From a virus: a stretch of 64,000 bases of DNA. Numbering within the stretch: the stretch's first letter is position 1; each line of letters begins with the position of its first letter. The position numbers and the translations under genes are program-made. Location of the stretch: the IMG/VR virus record IMGVR_UViG_3300021961_000050, positions 24,225 through 88,224 of that record, one strand, 5' to 3'. The notes under the pieces were generated by a model. The model was not told the DNA's origin. It ran no database searches and saw nothing but the letters and a program-made list of their open reading frames with translations. Below are positions 53,093 to 60,491 of the stretch, piece by piece.

Positions 53093-54085
53093 ATGTTTAA
53101 ATTTTGTTCAGCACCATGGGATACTATTCAAGTCAGAAGAGATGGTCAAATATCTTCCTGTCTTTGCCCTGCTTGGCACAAACTAGGATGGGAATTTGGT
53201 AATATCAGTGAAACTCCTCTAGAAACAGCATTTAATCAAGGTAATTTTATTGAAATGCGTAACAGTGTTATAGACCAAACCTTTCGTCATTGTGGTTCAA
53301 ATTGTTATAAACTCTATGAATTAGAGCAGGTAAAAACATTAGATCATTTAAACAGTTTTCCAAAACTACCAACGCAGATTAATTTAGGTATTGATCCAAA
53401 CTGTAATCTTGAATGCCGAAGTTGTCGTAATGAAAGAACATATACTAAAGAGGTAGATCCGCAAGCAGATAAAATTTTAAATAATCTCATTACTACCTAT
53501 AACAATTTCCCACACAAGGTAAAAATCTATGCTGATGCGGTAGGAGATATCTTTGCCAGTCAAGCATACAAAAAGTTTTTAAACAGATCTGATCTTCCTG
53601 ATTGCTTTGAGTTTTGTATACAGACCAATGGTAATCTCATAACAAAAAATAAAGAGCTATTGAATAAAATACATCAACAAATTGACGTAGTTATCATCAG
53701 TTTTGATGCGGCCACAGACAAAACATATAAAAAAGTTAGAGGTGGAAAATTTCAACAGGTCATTGAAGGTGTAAAATTTTTAACCTCTCTAGGGGTTAAG
53801 GTTCAAACACAATTTGTTGTACAACAGTCTAACTATTTAGAAATACCAGACTATATCAAATTAGCAAAATTTTTAAACGTTGATCAGGTTGGATTATATG
53901 CAATGACCAGATGGAGCCACATGGATCACAATTGGTGGAAAAGAAATCGCATATTCAATCATCCAAATACTGATTTTAATTTCATTGCTGATATTTTAGT
54001 CAAACATAAAGATGATCAACAACTAGCACTATGCGGTAATCTCAAAGAATTTTTACAAGAAACACTGAAAGAAAGGGGCCTGTAA
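53093..54085 (+). CDS. Radical SAM enzyme with N-terminal SPASM/Twitch-like domain
   Basis: 'CSAPW...DGQISSC', CNLECRSC, 'QTNG', 'SFDAA...YKKVRGG'. Confidence 0.88.
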   Translation: MFKFCSAPWDTIQVRRDGQISSCLCPAWHKLGWEFGNISETPLETAFNQGNFIEMRNSVIDQTFRHCGSNCYKLYELEQVKTLDHLNSFPKLPTQINLGIDPNCNLECRSCRNERTYTKEVDPQADKILNNLITTYNNFPHKVKIYADAVGDIFASQAYKKFLNRSDLPDCFEFCIQTNGNLITKNKELLNKIHQQIDVVIISFDAATDKTYKKVRGGKFQQVIEGVKFLTSLGVKVQTQFVVQQSNYLEIPDYIKLAKFLNVDQVGLYAMTRWSHMDHNWWKRNRIFNHPNTDFNFIADILVKHKDDQQLALCGNLKEFLQETLKERGL

Positions 54086-54092
54086 GCCCCTT
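54073..54092. terminator. Hairpin between convergent genes (probable bidirectional terminator)
   Basis: AAGGGGC-CTGTAA-GCCCCTT stem-loop; purine run upstream gives a U-rich tail on the minus strand. Confidence 0.6.
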
Positions 54093-54095
54093 GTT

Positions 54096-55193
54096 CTAGT
54101 TCAATGACGCTACTACGTATTTTCCAAACTTTTTATGGAACTCATCAAAGTTTTTAAGTTTGTTTGGTACCAATGGAAGTTTGTAGGTAGTTAGTGCTAA
54201 TTTTACACCCATAACAGTAACTTCTGTAGTAAAGTTATCCATCATAAAACGAAAAAAGTGATCTGCCATGGCATGCCATTCATTAGTACCACTGCTACCT
54301 AATTTTTCGTGTGCTTCTTTGAGTTCATAGCACATACTAACAGTTAGCGAGTACATAGCACTGATTTCAGATGTTTCTAATTTACTAACCTTACCAGAAA
54401 GAATATCACTTGGGTTGGGCATCTTGTTGGCAATTTTACGATGAGCCATAAATTTAACAGCAAGTCCTTCACCTACTGTACCAGAAACAAGATCAGTAAC
54501 AGTATCATTAGTAAGATCATCATCTAATAAATCACTTACAAATGTCCATGAACGAGGAGTAGCAAATGATCTACTAATACTCTTAGGATCAAAATCATAT
54601 AAATCTTGTTTACTAAAGTTCAAATAGCCAACTACATCTTTATTAATTTTATTCTCCGCGGCCCATTCTAACCATGACTCAAAATCTACACGCATTTCTA
54701 AATGAACAAAACGATTAGCCAATGGAGCAGGCATTCTATAGGTAACACCTTTGTCACTTTCTCTGTTACCAGCCGCCACTATTACTACATTGTCTGGAAG
54801 AACATACTTACCAATACGTCTATTTAAAACTAACTGATAGGCCGCGGCCTGTACGCTAGGAGCCGCTGAATTCATCTCATCTAAGAATAAAACAATAATT
54901 GGATATTGTTTAGACATAGATTCATCAGGCAAATCAATTGGAGCCGCCCAATCCATAACACCTAGATCCTTGTTGTAAAACGGAATACCACGAATGTCTG
55001 TTGGATCCATCTGTGCTAGACGTAAGTCAATAATATGACCTTTCATCTCTTTAGCAATACCTGCCACTAATTCTGATTTACCAATGCCTGGAGGACCCCA
55101 TAAAAATACAGGACGTTTACGATCAAAACAACGAATAATTGATGTTCTTGCTTCTTTTGCTGTTACAGTGCGATTTTCTGTAATGTTGCTCAT
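54096..55193 (-). CDS. MoxR-like AAA+ ATPase
   Basis: Walker A 'GPPGIGKS', Walker B 'LFLDE', 'AAGNR', 'PLANRF', 'TPRSW'; track start 55205. Confidence 0.9.
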   Translation of the reverse strand: MSNITENRTVTAKEARTSIIRCFDRKRPVFLWGPPGIGKSELVAGIAKEMKGHIIDLRLAQMDPTDIRGIPFYNKDLGVMDWAAPIDLPDESMSKQYPIIVLFLDEMNSAAPSVQAAAYQLVLNRRIGKYVLPDNVVIVAAGNRESDKGVTYRMPAPLANRFVHLEMRVDFESWLEWAAENKINKDVVGYLNFSKQDLYDFDPKSISRSFATPRSWTFVSDLLDDDLTNDTVTDLVSGTVGEGLAVKFMAHRKIANKMPNPSDILSGKVSKLETSEISAMYSLTVSMCYELKEAHEKLGSSGTNEWHAMADHFFRFMMDNFTTEVTVMGVKLALTTYKLPLVPNKLKNFDEFHKKFGKYVVASLN

Positions 55194-55225
55194 GTCTAAC
55201 TCCAATCCTCTACATTAAAAACTAT

Positions 55226-55254
55226 ATTATAGACTCAAACCGTTGGTTTGTCAA
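55226..55254 (-). promoter_or_regulatory. Consensus sigma70 promoter with GAGTC extension
   Basis: TTGACA-17-TATAAT; GAGTCTATAAT. Confidence 0.8.
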
Positions 55255-55256
55255 GT

Positions 55257-55412
55257 TTAACCAATTTTACGGCGAACACAAAGATTTTTAATAAATTTTT
55301 TAATAAAAAATTTTGTTTGAACGTACAATACCTGTGGAATTCCAAATTTGAAAGCCCATAACAAGTCCATTATAATAGCACCAATTACCAGTCCTAGAAA
55401 AAAATTAAACAT
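55257..55412 (-). CDS. Small membrane protein (51 aa)
   Basis: AAGGAG RBS; MFNFFLGLVIGAIIMDLLWAFKFG... hydrophobic N-terminus, basic tail. Confidence 0.65.
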   Translation of the reverse strand: MFNFFLGLVIGAIIMDLLWAFKFGIPQVLYVQTKFFIKKFIKNLCVRRKIG

Positions 55413-55436
55413 ATCTATCTCCTTATTATTAATTAC

Positions 55437-55465
55437 ATTATAGACTCATTTAACCAAAATGTCAA
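55437..55465 (-). promoter_or_regulatory. Consensus sigma70 promoter with GAGTC extension
   Basis: TTGACA-17-TATAAT; GAGTCTATAAT. Confidence 0.8.
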
Positions 55466-55683
55466 CCAAAATATTGAACTAACAAATATGTCATTAGAAA
55501 CATGATAGCAGTAAAGGTCACAATCCTAATAGCATCAGTAAATCGTGCTAGTTCTTGTGCATGCCTTTGGACGTCATCAATCTTAACAGCTAATACATCA
55601 ACTTTACCTCTAAGTTTAGTCATATCACTGCCTAGTTCTTGCCATTGACGGTTTGTTCCAACGTTTTTTACTTGTTCTTTCAT
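55462..55683 (-). CDS. Small protein, coiled coil plus C-terminal TM helix
   Basis: AAGGAG RBS; 'IVTFTAIMFLMTYLLV' TM segment. Confidence 0.65.
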   Translation of the reverse strand: MKEQVKNVGTNRQWQELGSDMTKLRGKVDVLAVKIDDVQRHAQELARFTDAIRIVTFTAIMFLMTYLLVQYFG

Positions 55684-55718
55684 AAAGTTCTCCTTGAAAT
55701 TATTGTAATTATGATATA

Positions 55719-55747
55719 ATTATAGCATATCTTGTGGTAGATGTCAA
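55719..55747 (-). promoter_or_regulatory. Consensus sigma70 promoter
   Basis: TTGACA-17-TATAAT. Confidence 0.8.
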
Positions 55748-55797
55748 GAATATTTTATAAAAACCACTAGATGTTGTATATTTTCTTTACACTAGAC

Positions 55798-55831
55798 AAA
55801 AAAATACCTCAGGTTCGCGTCTGAGGTATTT
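55798..55831 (-). terminator. Rho-independent terminator
   Basis: 11-bp stem AAATACCTCAG/CTGAGGTATTT ending in a run of 7 U on the minus strand. Confidence 0.8.
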
Positions 55832-55959
55832 AAGATTTTTATGAATGCCCAGTTTAAGTTATAGACAGTAAACTGGGACCGTAAAGTTGTCTGCGTCAAC
55901 TGCGTTTTTTTAGAGTGGACGCCACCGCAACGGAGCTCTACCACTTACCTTACTAACTA
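55798..55959 (-). ncRNA. Candidate structured small RNA (~160 nt)
   Basis: Bounded by a perfect promoter and a terminator; GC-richer than flanks; several hairpins and a possible H-type pseudoknot; no ATG-initiated ORF. Confidence 0.55.
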
Positions 55960-55965
55960 AAAACT

Positions 55966-55994
55966 ATTATAGACTCTTTTGATTAATTTGTCAA
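55966..55994 (-). promoter_or_regulatory. Consensus sigma70 promoter with GAGTC extension
   Basis: TTGACA-17-TATAAT; GAGTCTATAAT. Confidence 0.8.
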
Positions 55995-56981
55995 CCATTT
56001 TTTTTTAAAAACTTGTACACTCCTAGTTTCAAAATTAAAGTTCTTTTCACTAAAATTAGCACGTACAAACCAATCAAAATAATCTATTTTAGTTCTAACA
56101 TAGCCCATTGATTCTAAAATTAATTTAAACCATGATGGATTTGGAAATCCAACAGGTATTATATCTAATCCTTTAAAATGTCCGTCAAAATTTGAATCAT
56201 CTTTTTCATGATTCCAAAAGATTAAAGATTTTTCACTTTTAGTAATATCAGTTATTTCTGCAGTTTCAATAATAATATTTTTTGGACCTGCTTGCGTAAT
56301 TGACTCTAAAATTTCATAGTGGTCGTGTACGTGATACATTATTCCACTTAATAAAACAGTGTCTTTATCTAAGGTTAATTTAGTATTATTTTGATAGTCA
56401 TGTATGTCACTATAGATGCAATTAAATTTGTTTTCTAAATTAAATGCGTTGGCACTTTTATTTGCTATCTCTATATTATTTTTTCTAACGTTAGTTGTAA
56501 TAACTTCAGATGCATTATTTTCTAAACAGATAAAAGCTAAAAATCCACAGTGTCCAGCAAAATCAATAATTTTTTTATTAGATATAATGTCTAAATTATC
56601 TAAGACGATCTTTTGATATCTAACTAAATCATGTATAGAATAATCAAATTGATTAGGTTGAAAATTGTTGTAATCAATATCTAACCATTGGGTTGGAGAA
56701 AATTTGTGAATGTTGATACATTCTTCTTGTATTTCTTTAGGAAGCAGATTAAATTCATTGGGACTATTACAATTTGGCCAATTCTCTCCACGTATAAGAT
56801 TATAAGAATCTTGCCAACTTTTTAAAAAATCAGGCATCAGTGATGATTGGCTAACAGTCCATAGATATTCATTGTAAAGATATTTTTTACTACTGGGAAG
56901 TTTTGATTTAATGTTAGTTATTTCTTCGTCAGAAATACCGTAATGATTTTTTAAATATTTTTGAGCTTCTTCAAAAAACAT
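55983..56981 (-). CDS. Class I SAM-dependent methyltransferase (CmoB-like) with N-terminal extra domain
   Basis: 'IIDFAGHCG' motif I variant, 'LSGIMYHV', 'IIETA'. Confidence 0.7.
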   Translation of the reverse strand: MFFEEAQKYLKNHYGISDEEITNIKSKLPSSKKYLYNEYLWTVSQSSLMPDFLKSWQDSYNLIRGENWPNCNSPNEFNLLPKEIQEECINIHKFSPTQWLDIDYNNFQPNQFDYSIHDLVRYQKIVLDNLDIISNKKIIDFAGHCGFLAFICLENNASEVITTNVRKNNIEIANKSANAFNLENKFNCIYSDIHDYQNNTKLTLDKDTVLLSGIMYHVHDHYEILESITQAGPKNIIIETAEITDITKSEKSLIFWNHEKDDSNFDGHFKGLDIIPVGFPNPSWFKLILESMGYVRTKIDYFDWFVRANFSEKNFNFETRSVQVFKKKWLTN

Positions 56982-56982
56982 T

Positions 56983-57333
56983 TTAAAGTTTATATTTTAC
57001 ACGATACCATACGCATTCTTTGGTATCAATCTTGTCTGGATATAAACACCAATGTGGATCTACACAGGTTTTAGGATTAGTACCATTGGCTACGCAGGCT
57101 AGTTGCTGTTCTTTCTCTTTGTTGACCTTTGCTTCAAACTTCTGTCTAATTTTGAGCCATTCAGCATATTCCTCAAAGGTCAGCGTTTCTGCCACTATCT
57201 GCTCTAAGGGAGTTTGGTCTCGTTGATCAACCAATTTTTTAACAGTGTCCTCAATACTCCATGCTATGGATATCATTGACAGTATTAACCATAATATGGC
57301 CGCAATTAATAAACCTATATTTACTTTTTTCAT
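56983..57333 (-). CDS. Membrane-anchored protein with Cys-rich C-terminus
   Basis: N-terminal TM helix, helical linker, four Cys. Confidence 0.6.
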   Translation of the reverse strand: MKKVNIGLLIAAILWLILSMISIAWSIEDTVKKLVDQRDQTPLEQIVAETLTFEEYAEWLKIRQKFEAKVNKEKEQQLACVANGTNPKTCVDPHWCLYPDKIDTKECVWYRVKYKL

Positions 57334-57339
57334 AATAAT

Positions 57340-57368
57340 ATTATACAGTTATTTGTCCTGATTGTCAA
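57340..57368 (-). promoter_or_regulatory. Consensus sigma70 promoter (predicted leaderless transcript)
   Basis: TTGACA-17-TATAAT; ATG at 57333 begins 7 nt after -10. Confidence 0.75.
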
Positions 57369-57741
57369 GATATTGTTGTAAATCATTTCCGTGTAATCCT
57401 ATCATCATAGCCTCAACTTCACCATAGACAATTATACTTTGAGCATTTATAATGTAGTACGGTGAGGTAAAATATCGTTCAAGCTGAACAAAGGTTTTGG
57501 GTTTGTATTTTTCTGTTAGTTTAAACCTAAAAGTAGGCATGTCAGTCTTAGACAACAAATTGTGCCCAGTACTGGTCAGTCTAAGACTGTTTGGATTAAT
57601 TGGATTATGCCACCAAGTTGCTGGATTGAATAGTTTATTATAGGTTAACCCCTCTTCAGGGTTTCTGATAAAGGGGTTAAGATCATATTCATTGAATTTT
57701 TTCTGCCAGACACTCTGTGGTGAATTAGCAGTTCTAACCAT
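57349..57741 (-). CDS. Hypothetical protein
   Basis: 130-aa ORF in co-oriented run. Confidence 0.6.
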   Translation of the reverse strand: MVRTANSPQSVWQKKFNEYDLNPFIRNPEEGLTYNKLFNPATWWHNPINPNSLRLTSTGHNLLSKTDMPTFRFKLTEKYKPKTFVQLERYFTSPYYIINAQSIIVYGEVEAMMIGLHGNDLQQYLDNQDK

Positions 57742-57742
57742 G

Positions 57743-58015
57743 TTATTGGTCTTTCTGAATACCTGCCAGTGACCCTAAATCTTCTGCAGTAGTTGTTTGG
57801 GCAATTTGCTCATAATTTTGAAATAGGCCTTCGCCTGTTGCTGAAATATTTTCAATTCTATTGTCAATTTTAGCAACTTCTACGTCAGGAGCAGAAGGTG
57901 TAGGTACTGGTGCTTCGGGTTGTGCTGTATCTGCAATTACATTATCAACTTGAGGATCATTCGCATCAAGGTCTTTCATTTTTTGCATTAGTGTATAAAA
58001 TTGGTCATCTGCCAT
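57743..58015 (-). CDS. Hypothetical acidic protein
   Basis: AAGGAG RBS, 90 aa. Confidence 0.6.
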   Translation of the reverse strand: MADDQFYTLMQKMKDLDANDPQVDNVIADTAQPEAPVPTPSAPDVEVAKIDNRIENISATGEGLFQNYEQIAQTTTAEDLGSLAGIQKDQ

Positions 58016-58025
58016 TTTTATCTCC

Positions 58026-58313
58026 TTATGGGTAAATTGTGTCGCCTTGTTTAAGTAAGACCACAGTAAATTGGTCTGTTTTAAACAGCGAGTTTAATTT
58101 TTTTGCTAAATTAATAGCATGTCCTGGATTTGAAAAACTAACCTTTTTGTATTTAGGTCCAGGATAACTAACCAAGACATTTTGAGTCTTAAGGTTAATA
58201 GGTTGATTGTCAAAAAACACCGCCCAAATTCCTTCACTGTCTAAAATTTGGTCACTTTTGTAAGTGTTTTTATTGACATGTTCTAATAAAATCTTTGGTT
58301 TAGGTCTACTCAT
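58026..58313 (-). CDS. Hypothetical protein
   Basis: 95-aa ORF, AAGGA RBS, upstream CATAAATA late motif (58342-58349). Confidence 0.65.
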   Translation of the reverse strand: MSRPKPKILLEHVNKNTYKSDQILDSEGIWAVFFDNQPINLKTQNVLVSYPGPKYKKVSFSNPGHAINLAKKLNSLFKTDQFTVVLLKQGDTIYP

Positions 58314-58369
58314 AAAATAATATGTTCCTTCTACTACATATTATTTATGCCAATTATCTGAGTAGTTTA

Positions 58370-58585
58370 TTAAAAATTTCCACCATCAAAGTCTAAACTG
58401 TCTACGTCTGCGGGTGTCTCTTTAACTTCTGTGAGGCCTGCAATTTTAGATAATAGATCAAAGATATCATTGTGTAGATTACGTGCTTCTAACGCTGTTA
58501 ATGTGATATCTTTAGCATTGGTTTGGTTCATGACCTTAACCTTGTTGTTAAAACTTTTAAGATGTAATGTAAGTTGTGATTCCAT
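58370..58585 (-). CDS. Hypothetical protein
   Basis: GGAGG RBS, TAATG coupling. Confidence 0.6.
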   Translation of the reverse strand: MESQLTLHLKSFNNKVKVMNQTNAKDITLTALEARNLHNDIFDLLSKIAGLTEVKETPADVDSLDFDGGNF

Positions 58586-59055
58586 TAGTGACCTCCATTG
58601 GCCATGCGAATTTGATGTTGCATTTCTTCTTTAGAATGAAATGGTCCTTGGTAAGGATATCTATTAAGCGTAATCAGTTTAGGGCAATAACTTTTAACCC
58701 ACCCATTGTTAAACTTAACTATATAGTATCCAGCACAGAAAAAACTTTTTGATTTGCGACCTTTAGTGAAGATGGGTAGTTTGTGCTTGACATCCCACAG
58801 AATATTTTGTGCATTATAATCACATGGATAACCATAGACACTGTGGGCTTCACTGATCTGTTTAACAGGAACCTTTTTATCAACAATAATATTGTATCTA
58901 TCTTTTAACAGTTTAAGACTGGTAAATTTTTCTCTTTGATTATTGTGAACTAAGGTAAATCCAACTGAGTTGGCCAGTATAGTGCCAACCTTTTTACCAT
59001 CTTCCTCAACAATCCAACATTTATTTTTAATTATAGATTTAGCAAGTAGTGTCAT
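58585..59055 (-). CDS. Hypothetical protein
   Basis: 156-aa ORF, ATGA overlap. Confidence 0.65.
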   Translation of the reverse strand: MTLLAKSIIKNKCWIVEEDGKKVGTILANSVGFTLVHNNQREKFTSLKLLKDRYNIIVDKKVPVKQISEAHSVYGYPCDYNAQNILWDVKHKLPIFTKGRKSKSFFCAGYYIVKFNNGWVKSYCPKLITLNRYPYQGPFHSKEEMQHQIRMANGGH

Positions 59056-59789
59056 TTTTTTATCACCTTGATTAACAGATAGGATGGATCAACCAACCAG
59101 TTATTTGAATACTTAATAATATTAGGATTATCGTGGTGAAATTTTTGCATACTTTCTCCACCTGTGAGTATGCCAAATTTTGGCCAATCTAATATATCAG
59201 GACCTGGATGGCAAATACCATTAACAATAAAATTTTCAAAAACTTTTTGATAGACTGGAATGAATCCAAATATAGCAACAGCTACCTTCCAATCAATCAG
59301 AGAAGTTGCTAAAAACATTCCGCTCCAAATAGTATAGTAGTGTATATGAATAAATTTTTGTAAAGGTATTTTAAATAAGTCTTTGGCCAATGGAGCATTT
59401 AATCCTTTAAAATAACTGGTAGGATAGAATTCCCAAATACCTAAAAACACTGACCATTTACCTAGTTTAGATGGACTGTGTGGGTCTCCTTGAGAATCAC
59501 AAACTCTATGATGTTGTCTGTGCATGGTTGCATACATTAATGGACTGCCTATTCCTAGTAAGATAGCAAAAGGCAACAAGAGATACTCTACCCATTTAGA
59601 TAATTTAAATTGTTGATGAGTATAATATCTATGAAGCAAAATACTATTGCCTAATACTGTGCAGATCATACCTAGGACAAATAATAAGATTATCTGTCCT
59701 AGAGATAAAAATGTTAGGCTGACAGCAAACAATACATAGACAAATGTATTGAATATTGCCGGTTTCCATTCATTGATAAATTTATTCAT
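59052..59789 (-). CDS. Membrane fatty-acid/acyl-lipid desaturase (delta-9-like)
   Basis: His boxes HRYYTH, HRQHH, 'DPHSP', third box 'GESMQKFHH'; TM segments; track start 59825. Confidence 0.85.
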   Translation of the reverse strand: MNKFINEWKPAIFNTFVYVLFAVSLTFLSLGQIILLFVLGMICTVLGNSILLHRYYTHQQFKLSKWVEYLLLPFAILLGIGSPLMYATMHRQHHRVCDSQGDPHSPSKLGKWSVFLGIWEFYPTSYFKGLNAPLAKDLFKIPLQKFIHIHYYTIWSGMFLATSLIDWKVAVAIFGFIPVYQKVFENFIVNGICHPGPDILDWPKFGILTGGESMQKFHHDNPNIIKYSNNWLVDPSYLLIKVIKK

Positions 59790-60234
59790 TACTATATATC
59801 GCTGAGTTAGCACCGTGCTCAGCACACTCTACTGAATGTACCCAACAACGATTATTTGATTGTTCTCTGATCAGTTTGTCCGCAAAGTTAAATGCGTGTT
59901 CCGCAAACTTCTCTGCACCAACGCCATCCATTACTACAATCTCTGCTAGGTCTAGTGCTTCAAGTTCCATGAACTTGTCTAGATAGGGATCATCTTTATC
60001 AATAGCAGTCTTATGATCAAAGTGATCTTCTAACCAAGACTTAATCTTTTTAAGTCCGCCAAAGTCTACTGCCCAGTTCTTGTTGTCTAAGTGATCACAT
60101 GCAAATGTAAACTTAAACTGTAGACTGTAACCATGTAGTAAATGACAGTGTGAATGATCAGCATTAGGTTGTCTAAAACATGCTGATAGCCCAATGTTAT
60201 GACCATATGTTTTTGTTGAATAAAATTTAGCCAT
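59782..60234 (-). CDS. queD: 6-carboxy-5,6,7,8-tetrahydropterin synthase (QueD/PTPS family)
   Basis: 'HCHLLHGYS', 'VDFGGLK', 'FDHK', 'AEKFA'; AGGAGG RBS; QueE-like gene nearby. Confidence 0.88.
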   Translation of the reverse strand: MAKFYSTKTYGHNIGLSACFRQPNADHSHCHLLHGYSLQFKFTFACDHLDNKNWAVDFGGLKKIKSWLEDHFDHKTAIDKDDPYLDKFMELEALDLAEIVVMDGVGAEKFAEHAFNFADKLIREQSNNRCWVHSVECAEHGANSAIYSNE

Positions 60235-60240
60235 CTCTTG

Positions 60241-60310
60241 CCTCCTAAAAGTAAGTGTGATGACAGGCAGAATATTTTGAGACGGGTGACTGTCTGGAGA
60301 CGTCTTTGAG
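60241..60310 (-). promoter_or_regulatory. Structured queD 5' leader, preQ-riboswitch-like pseudoknot candidate
   Basis: P1 AGACG/CGUCU, loop ending UCACC, A-rich tail, loop GACAG complementary to downstream CUGUC, upstream of the SD. Confidence 0.45.
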
Positions 60311-60315
60311 TACTT

Positions 60316-60323
60316 TATTTATA
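60316..60323 (-). promoter_or_regulatory. T4-like late promoter TATAAATA
   Basis: Exact consensus upstream of the queD leader. Confidence 0.6.
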
Positions 60324-60326
60324 TGA

Positions 60327-60488
60327 TTAGTCATTGTCATTAGATTGGTTATTAGCTTTTTTTCTCATGTACTGTTGTTTATTCTCCTGTTCAATGGCAT
60401 TTTTCATTAATTTTAAAAATGTCTTATCGCCATTGGCCAATGTTTTAATTTCTTTTTTAACTAATACTGCTTTTGGATCATAGCCCAT
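60327..60488 (-). CDS. Small hypothetical protein (53 aa)
   Basis: AAGGAG RBS; MGYDPKAVLVKKEIKTLANGDK...; own promoter. Confidence 0.65.
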   Translation of the reverse strand: MGYDPKAVLVKKEIKTLANGDKTFLKLMKNAIEQENKQQYMRKKANNQSNDND

Positions 60489-60491
60489 ATA

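Noticed and set aside
56983-57333. Spanin or holin assignment
   Set aside because: No lipobox partner or adjacent endolysin; early-type promoter argues against a lysis role
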